A stretch of DNA of 64,000 bases from the human T2T-CHM13v2.0 reference genome, Homo sapiens, in assembly GCF_009914755.1 (NCBI RefSeq), contig NC_060947.1, one strand, 5' to 3'. A program made the translations under genes and the position numbers. Below the pieces are notes generated by a model that saw only the letters and a program-made list of their open reading frames with translations, searched no databases and was not told where the DNA came from. Shown here piece by piece: positions 14,110 through 27,505 of the stretch (positions are counted from its first letter, which is position 1; every line of letters begins with the position of its first letter).

Positions 14110-14845
14110 TGGTCATTTTTTCTCCTAATACAACCTCACATCAACAGAAAAGGTGCAAGACTAGTAAAACAAAACAAAACAAAACAAAAAACTCCTGTCC
14201 TGTGAAAAATTTAATTAGATTTACCAGTCATAACATTTTGACCAAGCTTTTTTGACTATCTCCCCTCCGCGTGTGTGTGTGTGTGTGTGTGTGTGTGTAT
14301 TTACACACTTTTTTTCTGAACCATTTGGGACCAAGTTGTAGACATTATGCCCCATTAGCTGTAAATACTTCTAGTATATTTCCTAAGAACTAGACCCTTT
14401 CTTTCCTAACCACAGTGCAAATATCAAAATCAGGACATTCAACATTCCTAGAATGTCATTATCTAATCCACAATTTACATTCAAATTTTGTCAGTTGTCT
14501 CCATCATGTCTTTTAAATCTTCTCCAATCCCTTCTCCATTCCAGCACCCAAACCTTGTTCATGCATTGTATCTAGTTGCCATGGCTTCTTAGTCTTCTTT
14601 AATGTAGACAAGCTTCTCCGACTCCCTTTCTCTTTTATGACTTTGACATTTTGATACTTTGAATTGTAGCTATGTCCCTCTCAGTGTGCTGCATCAGGAG
14701 ACATGTGATGTCGATTTGTCCCCTTACTGGTGATGTAAAACTGGATCCCTTGGCTAAGGCATCATCTGACAGATTTCTCCAGTGTAAAGGAATGAATTTT
14801 CATTTTGTAATGAATAAGTAATTTGTCCTAAGGTGCTTTAAGATA
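14110..14845 (-). mobile_element. Old L1 (L1MC-type) 3' UTR containing (AAAAC)n and a (GT)n at 14271-14298
   Basis: tttctgaaccattt...aagttgtagacat...taaatactt...tttcctaagaac...atcaaaatcagga. Confidence 0.65.
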
Positions 14846-14859
14846 TAGCTCCTGAGAAA

Positions 14860-15195
14860 TGTCTCATTCACTATGGGAACAGAAAATGCACAAGATGATT
14901 TTCAACACCTTGCCATTCCAGAATGTAACAAGTACCCAAATAACGACAGGGAAATAACAAAGGACACAGGAGCCGGTGTGAAGGCACTCCTATCAGCCAA
15001 TCCTGCATGAGTTGAGCACCAAAATAAGTAATGACAGGAAGGGATTATAACTCATTGACTAAAATAAGAGCCCATGAGTCTAGGCTGATAAGCTTAGATA
15101 TGTGAATAAATAAAGAGGGGGAAGGAAATTATTTTCTGAAAATCAAGAAAAAAATGTAGAAGGAATGATGGAATTAAGAAAATCACCATTTTATG
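14860..15195 (+). mobile_element. L1MC4-like 3' UTR fragment
   Basis: aaggacacaggagcc...gaagg...ttgagcaccaaaataa...aatgtagaaggaatgatggaatta. Confidence 0.55.
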
Positions 15196-15219
15196 ATCCA
15201 TAATTGTTTAAAATAGAAT

Positions 15220-15385
15220 GAAAGGCAAAGGGAGGGAGGGAGAGAAAAAGAGAGAGAGGGAGGGATGGAGGGAGGAAGGGAGAGGCAGACAGAGACAAAG
15301 AAGGAGGGAGGGAGAAAAAGAGAGAGAGAAGGAGAGAGGAAAGGACAGAAAGAGAGAGAGAAAGAAAGAGAGAGAGAGCAAGCAA
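15220..15385. repeat. GA-rich polypurine low-complexity tract
   Basis: ggagggagggagagaaaaagagagagaggg... Confidence 0.9.
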
Positions 15386-16245
15386 CAGAGCATGGCAGAT
15401 GACCCCAAAACTAGAATTTCTGGAGAATCCTAACCTGTGACCCAAGGCATTTCACTTCAGTGTGGTGCTAGGCCATGCAGCTTCTGAGATCTTTCCAAAT
15501 TTCTAACCTCATGTAAACCATGGTTACCTGAAATTGTCTTTCTCCAGCAAGAAGGACCATCCCTGGCAAAAAACAAAAACAGAAAACAAGGTAGAAAAAT
15601 GGATTTATCAAGTTTTACAATGCTTGTCATATGACCAGAAACACATTTTTAAAATATATATATATTTACTAAATCTTTGGTTATCCAGAAATTTAAGCTA
15701 TCTAGAATATGCCATGCTGTGCTCATTTCTAGAAGAAAAAGGTTTCACTGTCAAGTTACTCTGGGAAGTAGAGATGATAGGCGTCCAGTAAGTGAACTTG
15801 AGCTCTGTCTTAAGGTCTGAGAAGTCTACCTTTCCTGTCTCTCCCACAATACCACCTCACCATGCCCTCCAAACTCAGCTGTTGTTATAATATGATATTA
15901 GAAATCACAAGTTTTTAAGCTATTTTGTCCAAAGAAAAAACAAAATGAACAAATGAAAGTGTTTTTCATAATCCTGACACATCCAGTTCTTTACTCAAAA
16001 TCTGTCTGGTCCATGAAAATATATTTCCCCTACCATGAAATGTCTCTTATACTATATTAACCTATTAATAAAATTTGTTGCCCCCAATGACTTATGTTTC
16101 AAATAAAGGAAAATAAAGATTCAACTAGTTTACCATCAATATATTGTATTAAATATCAACACCTTACTCCTCTACTTATGTAGCAAAGCTAATATGGTTT
16201 TGTCAACATAATCTAAGTATAAATGTAAAAAATCTGCAACCCTGC

Positions 16246-16651
16246 TCTATCAGTTCATTCTCACATTGCTATAAAGACATACCTGAGACTGGATAATTTA
16301 TAATAAAAAGAGGTTTAACTGGCTCATGGTTCTGCGGGCTGTACAGGCTTCTGCTTCTGGGGAGGCCTCAGGAAACTTACAATCATGGCAGAAGGTGAAG
16401 GGGAAGCAAGCATGTCTTGCATGGTGGGAGCAAGAGGAAAAGAGAGTGAGGAAGGAGGTGCCACACACTTTCAAACAACCAGATCTCATGAGAACTCTAT
16501 CACGAGACAGCATTAGGGGGATGGTGCTAAACCATTAGAAACCACCCCCATCATCCAATCACCTACCACTACAATGTTGGCCCCACCTCCAACATTGGGG
16601 ATTACAATTTAACATGAGATTTGAGTGGGGACACAGAGCCAAACCCTATCA
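16246..16651 (-). mobile_element. MSTA-like MaLR solo LTR
   Basis: ttgctataaagacatacctgagactgg...ggaggcctcaggaaacttacaatcatggcagaagg...acacagagccaaaccctatca; TSD cctgc/cctgg. Confidence 0.9.
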
Positions 16652-17702
16652 CCTGGCATCTGACTTTAACTGTTCGTGACAACTTGAGACCCATAGAAAC
16701 TCTAGAGGATGCTGCAATCCATGTTGTATCCACAGCAATGTTGCTGAGGTCAGCAGCAGGTGGAGATGTGACTAGGTCAGGAATATTCATCAGTAATTGG
16801 CGTGGAGCAGACATTTTGCTAGGTATTGAAGATACAGATAAACAGCATATGGTCCCCTACCTTGATAATCTGAAAATTCAGTAGGTGAGCTCTCCAGAAA
16901 TGTAGATCTTACTCGTGGGGACATCATCCACTATCTCCGCTCCATCAGATCCTCATGTCCATTAAGTTTGTCCACGACTCTTTGAGATTCTCCTGGGAGC
17001 CCCCGACTCATCTCTGAACTTCACACCACCAATACCCTATGTGCCTCTTGATTTTCTGCTTCCTCTAGAACCCATGCTCAATCATCTCAACCCCTCTGTG
17101 AATATCATCATTGCCACGGCTTTGAATGTTTCTGTCCATATGCCCAGTCACCAAGTGGGAGACCTTGGACTCATTGTTGATGTCTCCTTCCTTTCTTCTA
17201 ACTCCCTCCTTCTTCCTCTCCTGCCGTGGCTGCATTGCATGTCATCAAACCCATGAAATTGATTCTTTTCTTGCTATTTCCTTGGTGTAGAATGCATGGC
17301 CTTGTGTTGTAGTGAATTGTTCATACATCTGTTTCTCTTTGGAGACTGTAAGCTTGTTGTGTGGGTCTTCAATAAGTCTTGAAATAACAAATGCATATTA
17401 TTTACCAGTAATCCTTTGAACAAGGCTTCCAGAAGCAATAGTTCATGTTTTCTTGGGAGTGATTTGTTAAAAAATGTTTCTGCTTATTATTAATAATTTG
17501 GAGGTGACTACATTATGGTACATAATTTCAGAAAACAGATGCAACACGTGCTAAATATTCATGGTTTGATTTCAGGATTATTTTGCGTCATTATGTTCAA
17601 GGGTCTGATTTGCTTTGCAGGGTATTTGTATTTGTGTAATCCTCAGTCATGTTATATTAAATGTTTCCAACATACTTATACCTCATGCTTACCAGGTAAT
17701 TA

Positions 17703-18042
<340 letters not shown>

Positions 18043-18272
18043 AACTGAAAAGGTACAACATTTTTAAAAGTGGGAAAGTGACTGCTAGTAATGTTCTGCT
18101 TATTAGTAAAATACAGTACTATCTTTTTAAAGGAAATATCACACTGATTTTGGAAATATATATTTTTAATATTCTGACAGTAAAAAATATTTAAAGTTTT
18201 TACATAATAAGTAATAGTACCGCCTTAATTGAATGTTATTTTTTCTGTCTATTTTATACTTTACATATCAGA

Positions 18273-18408
18273 GTAATATTTAGAAATGTTCTTTATGGTA
18301 ACCAGAAATTGCTCTTATTTTCTTTATCCCATTGTTGATGTAATATTTAGAAATGTTCTTTATGGTAACCAGAAATTGCTCTTATTTTCTTTATCCCATT
18401 GTTGATGT
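18273..18408. repeat. Perfect 67-bp tandem duplication
   Basis: 18273-18339 identical to 18340-18406, followed by a 2-bp gt overlap. Confidence 0.95.
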
Positions 18409-18671
18409 GCAGTTGGGTTAGCATAACTAAAGGAAAAAATGTGATAGTTTCTCATGGCCTGCATATGGTGGAAAAGAACTGGAATTTGTGGTAAGGTCAC
18501 CTTAAATTTCTAGAAAATACTACTTAGCCACTGATTGTTTTTCCCCTGCATCGAGTTCATACTCAATACAGACTCATGATAGTTTTGATATCTCAGAAGA
18601 AAAATTTCCACCATAATTGTTCATCTTTTCAAAACTATTTCTCTATTCTCACATATTTTTAATAGATAAGA

Positions 18672-19289
18672 TTCTTTTTTAATTTTCGTGGGTACATAGT
18701 AGGGATATATATTTATGGAGTACATAATATGTTTTGATATAGGCATGCGATGTGTAAAAATCACATCATGGAAATTGGGGTATCCATCCCCTCAAGCATT
18801 TATCCTTTGTGCTACAAAATCCAGTTATACCCTTTTAGTTATTTAAAAATGTACAATTAAATTATTTTGACTATAGTCACCCTTTTGTGTTATCAAATAC
18901 CAGATACTAATAATCACATCATGGAGAATGGGGTATCTGTCACCTCAAACACTTACCCTTTGTATTACAAACTATATGTACTCTTTCAGTTATTTTTAAA
19001 TGTACAATTAAGTTATTATTGACTGTAGTCACCCTGTTGTGCTATCTTATTCATTCTTTCTATATTTGTATACCCATTAATGATCCCCACTTCCCCTCCC
19101 ACCACTACCCTTCCCGGCCACTGGTAACCATCCATCTACTCTCTGTCTCCATGAGTTAAATTATTTTGATTTTTAAATCCCACAAATAAATGAGAACATG
19201 CCATGCTTGTCTTTCTGTGCCTGGCTTCTTTCATTTAACATAACAATCTCCATTTCTATCCATGTTGTTGCAAATGACAGGATCTCATT
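18672..19289 (-). mobile_element. L1MA-type 3' end with internal ~150-bp duplication, inserted into an older L1M fragment
   Basis: ttcgtgggtacatagtagg...gcaaatgacaggatctcatt; TSD tagataaga at 18663-18671 and 19290-19298; old L1 ORF2 continues to ~19385. Confidence 0.85.
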
Positions 19290-19923
19290 TAGATAAGAAT
19301 TTTAGAATCAGCCTGTACACCTTCATAAAAAATCCTTTTGGAATTCCAATTGTGATTGCACTGACTATATAGATTAAGTCTGGAAACATATTATGCTTCT
19401 CCGTATCAGTCTTCTTTTAAAAACGTCGATAAAGCTTTATAGGTTTGACTGCCTCTCCACAGTTAATTCCTTCTATTTGTTGCCTCTTGGAGTAACTTTG
19501 AATCACTCCAACACCATAGGTGTGTTCTCTTCCTTGTAGGTGTGTTTGCTTTCTATCTTTCTGGGATCCGTTGAAATTCCTGGTCTGTTGATGATATTCT
19601 TTCTTATCTTTCATGCTATGCTGGTTTCTGGAAGGAAGGAGTGTTTTGCTTTTTGAATATAGTTTCTGGCATTCTATTGGATTTGTTGCAAGAGGGAACA
19701 CGGCCACATGTGCTCCCATCTGCTTCTTGATCCCATTTCTTAGCTTTGCGTGGCGTATGTGTGAGACAGACAGACAGTTTGCAAATAGTGAAACCAACAC
19801 ATCAAGGACACAGACAACTAGGGAGCAAGCTGAAAACTTAGATCAGACGTCATGTTTCTAGAGAAGAGGTGAAAGACTGTTTTAATTAATAGAGTATCTT
19901 AGCCTCCTCTCAAACAACATGGG

Positions 19924-20273
19924 TGATATGGTTTGGCTGTGTCCCCACCCAAATCTCATCATGAACTGTAGTTTCCGTAATTCCCATGTGTCATGGGAGG
20001 GACCAGGTGGGGCGGTTACCCTCATGCTGTTCTCATAATAACAAGTGAGTTTTCATGAGAGCTGATGGTTTTATAAGGGGCTTCCCCCTCTGCTCAGCAC
20101 TCACTTCTCTCACCTGCTGCCATGTGATGTGCCTGTTTCACCTTCCGCAATGATTGTAAGTTTCCTGAGGCCTCCCTTGCCATGAGGAACTGAGAGTCAA
20201 TTAAACCTCTTTTATTTATAAATTACTCAGTCTCAGGTATGTCTTCATAGCAGAGTGAAAGAGGGCTAATACA
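19924..20273 (+). mobile_element. THE1 (THE1D-like) MaLR solo LTR
   Basis: tgatatggtttggctgtgtccccacccaaatctcatc...ctaataca; perfect 5-bp TSD atggg. Confidence 0.93.
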
Positions 20274-21254
20274 ATGGGTATTCTTCAGTCTTGGTTAAGA
20301 ACATCAATGTTTCACCAAAGGGAAAGAAATCAAGAAGGAAAAGTTTGAGAGCACAGCATTTTTGGAGCTAGTGATTTTAATTGAAGAAAACGGCAGAATA
20401 ATATAGAGCATAGTAGTTACGCGTGAAAGCATGCCATGAAGACTGAGTGATATCCAATATACTGGATTTGAAAGGGGGATTTTTGGATGGAGCCCTACAA
20501 TTAGACATTGGAATGCAAGTGACCACTCTACAGTCATGTGACTTTGGAAATTTTTTATGACTTTCATTATTGTTTACATCGTACTGAAAATGATAATACC
20601 CAGCAACTACCATGAAGTATTAGTAGAGTATCACATTAAATTTTTTAAATTAAAAAAACCTCTATGAGAAGTAGAAACAACATAAACCAACAAAAATAAG
20701 CAACAAATGATTATAAAGTAACAGTCAAGCAGATTCCAATTTTGCAAGGCATTTTCTCATCTAGAAGGAAAAGTGAGGGCAAATTACTTCAGTTGTTAGA
20801 TCTTCGTAGAATATTTGGTAATGACTTGGCATGTTATGAATTTTGCCTTCTGAATTATCACTATTGGATAATACATGCTGGGCTTGTATAGTTACAGATT
20901 TTGTGACTTCAGGTGGATTTTATAATTTTCTAGAAAGGAATTTAAAAAACTTTTATTTTTGCCCCCATACTTAAAGCATGTCTATAAGTTTGGGAATAGA
21001 AGGACTTTCATCAAAATTATGTTGCAGGCTCTATACGTGTATTACCCATAATAAATACTGAAAAATATGGTACATTATTTAGGTTGTTGATGCAGCAGAT
21101 TATGTTATCTTGCCTTAGATATATAAACCCTTTTCTGAGATCATGTTATTATTTCTACTTTTATTTCCAGGTTGAAAGATCCGTTGAAAAAAAATAAGAC
21201 TTAGTAGGTAACTATCAGTGTACTGGATATGGCAGTCTAGATTTTTTTAATTAA

Positions 21255-22255
21255 AAAATTAGTGGCTTAAAGAAACACACATTTATTATCTCACAGTTTC
21301 TGTGGATCAGGAGCCCAGTCATGGCTTAACTGGACCCTCCAGCTCAGCATCTCTCAGAAGGCTGCAATCAAGGTGTTGGCTAGGGCTGCATTCTCATCTC
21401 AAGACTTGACTGGGGATGGATCTTCTTTCAAGCTCACTCAGTTGATCTTATTGGTAGGATTCAGCTTCTTGCAAGCTCTTTGACTGAAGGACTCAGTTCG
21501 TTGTGCACTCTTGACTGGAGGTCACCCTCAGTTCTGTCACATGTAGCACTCCAATATGTAAGTTGGGTGTCTGCAACATGGCCTCTGTATCATCAAAGCC
21601 ACCAAGAAAGTCTACTAGCAAAATAGAAGCCACAGTGTTTTGTAACCTCATGATGAAGCAACATCCATTACTTTCACAATATTCTTTTTTTAAAAGACTT
21701 TTAAGTTCAGGGGTACATGTACAGGGTATGCAGGTTTGTTACATAGGTAAACATGTGTCATGGGGGTTTGTTGTACAGATTATTTCATCACCTAGGTATT
21801 AAGCCTAATACCTATTTGCTATTTTTCCTTATCATCTCCCTCGTTCCTCCCTCCTCCAATAGGCCCCAGTGTGTGTTGTTCCCCTCTATGTATCCAAGTG
21901 TTCTCTTCATTTAGCTCCCATTTATAAGTGAGAACATAAGATATTTTGCTTTCTTTTTCTGCATTAGTTTGCTAAGGATAATGGCCTTCAGCTCCATCCA
22001 TGTCCCTGCAAAGGACATAATCTCATTCTTTTTTTATGGCTGCTTCCATGGTGTATATGTAGCACATTTTCTTTATCCAGTCTATCTTTGATGGGCATTT
22101 GGGTTGATTCCATGTCTTTCCTATACTTTCACAATATTCTTATAGAAGTGAATCATTAGGTCCCAGCCCATACCTGAGGGGAGGGTATCACAAGAGATTA
22201 TGAATATCAGGAGGTGGGGATCACTGGAAGCCATCTTAGAAGGCTGACTTCCATA
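21255..22255 (-). mobile_element. MLT1F-like MaLR LTR split by an L1PA
   Basis: ttagtggcttaaa...atttattatctcacagtttctgtggatcagga...ggctgcaatcaaggtgttggc; resumes after 22124. Confidence 0.8.
21687..22123 (-). mobile_element. 5'-truncated L1PA (older PA subfamily) 3' end
   Basis: ttttaagttcaggggtacatgt...; 18-bp TSD tactttcacaatattctt at 21669-21686 and 22124-22141. Confidence 0.93.
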
Positions 22256-23309
22256 GATGCCTACTCTGATTCATTAACTGTCAAAATTAGGACCAGCAAA
22301 TTAAGTGAATTGATTGAGGTTTTACAGCAAGATAGGAAAAGTGCAAAGAATGGAAGTCTTCACCTTTGCAATTTGCCCAAAATCCATCTACTGCCTTCCA
22401 CCTTTTGGCATACGTAGGTCCAACCACTGTGGGAGGATGCTAACTACTTAGCACACACTTATCTATGCATGTAATGCCTTCTGACTTCCAACTTTAGAAT
22501 CACAGCCTGTAGAAAAACTTAAGTAGGTTGCCCACACTCCTGTTACATCTGCTGTCAGTGAATAGACCCTACATGCATTCCTGACCTTCAAAACACAATG
22601 GCAGCAAAGAGATGAAAAAAAATTTTTTTAATATGCTTCCATGTCAATTTTACAAAACACAGACTGTCACTGCCTGGAGCGATAACCTTGAAATCTGAGC
22701 CACAGATCTGCAAACCTATTCAGCCGCATGGTTTCTGGGCAGTCTGAAATTACAATGCTTTTATTTTTTTTTTCCAACATTCAAAAACCCTTTTATGATT
22801 GCTTTAAAGTCAAACACACTGCCCTGTTTTCTGAGGATGTGCCTTACTTTTTCTTCTAGAGTCATGTAATCCTCCTTCTTTAAAGAGGACTGTGTTCGGG
22901 AAATGACAAGTTCCTAGTTGTGTTGTAGACTAACCTTAGAGTTGGCCATGTCCAAAGCCCTTTTATAGTGTTGATGCAAAATTTCCTTCTATTTCCTTAG
23001 GTAAGAATTCCATAACACAGGAGATTTAGCTCCATTTTGTGGAAAACTAGGCAGTTAAGCTTCCTGTTCACTGGATAATGGTGCTTCACTCTCTGAGTCC
23101 AATGGCGGAGAATGCCAAGTGGAAGAACAGGGTTAAATCATTTGGGAATTTCACACAATTTTATTTTCTACTATATGCCTCTTGAAAGGAGCTGTAAAAA
23201 TGATGCCTTTAAGTAATATTTTGTCAATCACAACATTTATTCCTGTTCTTCTTCCTATCACGACTGCTGACTTACTCCTGCCATTAGCACATTCTCATAA
23301 TTACTGTGA

Positions 23310-23940
23310 CTATTATGAATGCATACTAAGTACCATGTCTGGGATAAAGTGTGGGAATACTAAACCAAATTAGATATTCTCTTTCCTTCAGGGAGAAGAG
23401 ACTCTTTGTTTCTATAACAGAGAGAGTCTGATATGGAAATTGCCAAATAAAATGCAATGGGAGAAGTTGTAGGAAATATGAGCTTGTTGCAATGTGGGGG
23501 TGAGTTGTTGCAATGGGGGGGTGAGCTGTTGCAGTTAGCTAGACAAAGAAGAGAAACATTCTGGCAAAGAAAACTAAATTATTTTTTGAATATTGTTATG
23601 GAGCATTTAAAGAAGTAGTGTTGTTTCTATATAACTGGCAAAAGCAGTACATACTAATTAAAGAGCATGCAGAGACCAGGTCATGCCAGGCTCTGTGTGC
23701 AAAGGCAAGAAGATTGAATTTTATCCTGGAAATGACTGAGGGACAGATAACCTCAGAAATAATTCCATACAAGACTAATATTTAAGGGGAAATTATAAAA
23801 TGGAGCACACATTAAGAAGATAAAGAATGGATGGACAAGGGAGTTTGGAGATAACCCCTAAGACATGATGGCACAATGTTCAGAGAGAGGCAGGCAGAAT
23901 GGAGCAGACGCTATTTCTTTGAAGACATTCATGGAATCAT
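23310..23940 (-). mobile_element. Degenerate L2 fragments
   Basis: gaccaggtcatgccaggc...gcaaaggcaagaagattgaattttatcctgg; boundaries approximate. Confidence 0.5.
23479..23533. repeat. ~21-bp tandem repeat, ~2.5 copies
   Basis: tgag(c)ttgttgcaatg(t/g)ggggg repeated. Confidence 0.8.
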
Positions 23941-24659
23941 GAGAACTTGAGCTTTGGGGAGGATCGTCTTAAGGGGCACAGGAGCAGATATTAGGGTTAA
24001 GCCCAGGCTCACTAGGGTCTGATGGAAGACCTGGCTCCATAAAGTTTGGGTCCTCAAGCATTCCACACTCCAGGTAGGAGCAAAATGGTAATAGAATAAA
24101 TCTTTCCCCATTCTCAACCCCTAGAAGACTGCAAGTTTTTTTGATGCAAAGTAGAGAGAGCTTAAATTACATTTCATATTTTCCCAGAATCTGTGATGCA
24201 GTGTTGGTCAATTCAGCACAGTTAATCTCAATAGACAAATAACAAAAATACTCAACCAAGAATGTTATCAGAGAAATATATTAACCTTTACAATGCTTGT
24301 ATAAATGAAACATGGAAAATTTTTTAAAAATATTTTTTTCTTTAAAAATGATTTTTAAAAGATTTTAAAACAAATTCTTTAAAAATTTTTGTTAAAGATG
24401 ACATAAATATCATGCAATAATTAACTGAATTAATTCAAACATGATCTACTTTCAACCTCATTTTCCAAACAATATTTCCTAACAAACAGTATATTTTATT
24501 TCACACGATTTTGATTCAAGGAATCCAATAAAGTTATTAATTTCATATGAAAATGGAAATGCATACAATGAAAACTTAGTTGATAAGTAAAGGTTTTCAG
24601 AATGATACTAATATGTCAAATCAGCACTTACGTCCCTAAGCAAAAGTCACTTAGGATGT

Positions 24660-25900
24660 ATTATCATTGTTTTAATACACTGCTGGAGGTATTTGCTAAA
24701 ATTTTCTTTATACTTTTTGAATTTGTTGAGAAAGAGTGGCTCATAAGTGTTCCTTCTCATCCTGCCTTATCAGATACTAGAATGGAGATTATGTTAGTCT
24801 CATAAAATGATTTATTGAATGTTCCCTTCTCTGTTCTCCCTAATGCTTTGTAGATCTCATTGATGAAACCATGTGGATCAAGCATTTTCTTTCTTGAAAT
24901 ATTTGGACTGGGAATGCAATTTTCTTAATGAATACATCACTTGAGGCTTTCCATGTAGCCCCTTAGTTTTTAAGTTGCATCTTTCTAGGGATTTATTGGC
25001 TTCATGTTTTTACTATTGTCTTTTTAATGTGGTACGATTCTATGGTGCTCTGTTTTTCATTGCTAATGTTGGTTATTTCTACCTTCTCTCCTTCCCTACC
25101 TATTGATCAGACTTGCCAATTTGTTAATATCATTGGACTTTTTGAAGAATCAACTTTTGGTTTTGTCAGTTCTCCCTATAGAATATATATTTTTTCTATT
25201 TAATTAAATTATTCTCTTATCTTACATTTCCTTCCTTCTACCATCTTCTTGATTTTTTTTGTTTTATAACTTTCTAAGATGTGATGAGTTTACTAATTTT
25301 GTTTTTTGTTTTCTTTGTTAATACACACTGTTATCCTAGGCCCTGATCTAGATACACCTAAAATGTTTGATATGTATTTTTCAGATCATTTGTTTAAAAA
25401 ATATTTTCCAACTTCCATTTTACTTTATTCATTTACTTGTGGATAATGGAGAATTTTTAAAAATTTCCAAACATATGGGGATTTCAAAGTCAGAGATCTG
25501 CATTGTGTTTTCAGTCTTTTGACATATCTGAAGACTTGTGTTTTGGTGCAGTATATCATCAATTTAAGTGAATGTTTTAGGCATGGCTGCACAGAATACG
25601 TACTTTTCCATTTGTAGTGCAATAATTGATATATGTCCATTAAGTCAAAGGTGCTAATTGAATCATTCTAATCTCCTCTATTGTTACTAAAATTTTTGTC
25701 TTGGTTTTCTTAATGGCTGGAAAAGATATATTAAATTCTTCCTTGATAATTACAAATTTGTCTATAACTCCTTTTAATTCTGTCAGTTTTTACTTTACAT
25801 CTTTTGGGGCTTTGATATATTTTTCTCACTATATATTTCATTTATTCAACAATAATTCGTTTATAAAATATATTTTGCCTGATAGCACAAAATATTTTTA
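24660..25900 (-). mobile_element. Ancient L1M(E) ORF2 fragment
   Basis: Degenerate antisense ORF2 motifs, e.g. ctcataaaatga...gttcccttc, gaagaatcaacttttggtttt, ctccttttaattctgtcagttttt. Confidence 0.65.
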
Positions 25901-26114
25901 ATTTGGTTTTTATTTATTTGGTATAGATGAGGTTTCTTTTCTTTCATCTATTTGTTTCCATCTTTTTTTTAGATTCTTTGTCTCTATACTAGTTATTGCA
26001 TATTAGTTGTTATTATTATATATTCTATGTTACTATTTCTCATAATTAGTATTTAAAAGTCAGTAGTACTTCTAACTCTACTCCACTAAGTAAAATTTGC
26101 TTCTCTGGCTCTTT

Positions 26115-26670
26115 AAAAATAATTTTATTAAGGTATGATTTGTGTAAATTAAGCTGCATCCATTGAAAGTATAAAATGAGTTGTGTACACCCATAAAACC
26201 ACTATCACAAACAAGACAGTGAATATTCCCCAAACCCCCAAAAGTTTCTTTGTTAATGACAGCATCTGCCCCAGCTCATGAAGACAACAACCTGCTTTCA
26301 GACACTAAATATTTGCTTCAACTTTTTTTTTACACTTTTATATAAGTGGAATTGTATTGTACATCCCCTCTTGAGTCTGGCTTATTTTACTCAATAAGAA
26401 ATTTGTGATTTAGTCGTATGTGGATCATTTGACTAGTCACTGAGTAGTATTTTGCTGAATGAAAATCTTTCATTACTGAGTAGTACTCCGTTGAATGAAA
26501 ATACCACAATGTGTCTGCCTAGTCACCTGTTGGTGGACATTTGTATTGTTTCCCATTTTTGGCTCTTGTGAATCCAGTGGCTGTGAAGGTTCATGTGCAA
26601 GTCTAAGTGTGGACATATACTTTTATTCTCATGAATAAACATCCACTAGTAGGATAGCTAGGTATATTCT
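26115..26670 (-). mobile_element. L1MD/ME-type 3' end
   Basis: ttttattaaggtatgattt...cacctgttggtggacatttgtattgtttccc...gtgtggacata. Confidence 0.7.
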
Positions 26671-27234
26671 TACTCATATAAGAAACACAACATCTAGAGA
26701 ACACTGTTCTCTAGAGGGACTAGTTACTGTTGATCTGTGTATTCTGGTCATAGAAGACAAATGTTTTGATTTCCGGCACCTCCAAGTCATTTTACAACCA
26801 GGGAAATGAAGAAGCCAAGTCACTGAAAGATGTACATCTCATTCCTGATGTAGAAACACTGGAGCAGAGTAACCATAGGAGACAGTTTGTCTCTGTGGTC
26901 ATGAGCTGCAGGGACTCAGGTTGAACCATCTCCACAGCGCACCTGCAGCACATCTTACTAACTGGATGATGCTTTGAGGCTCAGCTAATCCCCAGACGTC
27001 TCTCAGATGAGAAGCCAATATCTAATGGTCACCCAGCAGTCACTGAATCCCAGGGTTTATAATATCCCATCCATCTGTGACCACTTCTGATAAAGGAGGA
27101 CTATTCAGATTCTTCCTTGGGATTGGGTATGATTGACATGACAGGAGAATACACATTCCAGAATTACTGTTCACCTTTAGTTTATTATTCATATGTTTGA
27201 ATTTTATTAAATACAGTATGTATTTTTCATTTAG

Positions 27235-27505
27235 CAGACTCTTTTTTAAACAACAGCTTTATATTTATGGAAAAATTGAGCACATAGCATCAAGAATTCT
27301 CATATGCTGTCTTTTAGCCTTCCTCAGTTTCCCCTCTTATTAATCTCTTGCATTAGTGTGGTACAGTTTTTCATGCTCAATGAACTGATAATGATACATT
27401 ATTATCAACTATAAAGTCCTTGGTTTACATTATGCTTTCTTCTTTGTGTTGTATAGTTCTGTGGGTTTTGAAAAGTACATAATAACATTTATCCAGCATT
27501 ACAGA
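27235..27505 (-). mobile_element. L1MC1/2-like 3' UTR fragment
   Basis: ttgcattagtgtggtaca...tgatacattattat...gtgttgtatagttctgtgggttttg. Confidence 0.7.

Noticed and set aside
19417-19861. 127-aa and 82-aa ORFs in unique sequence
   Set aside because: No recognisable domain or supporting gene structure; length is within chance expectation.
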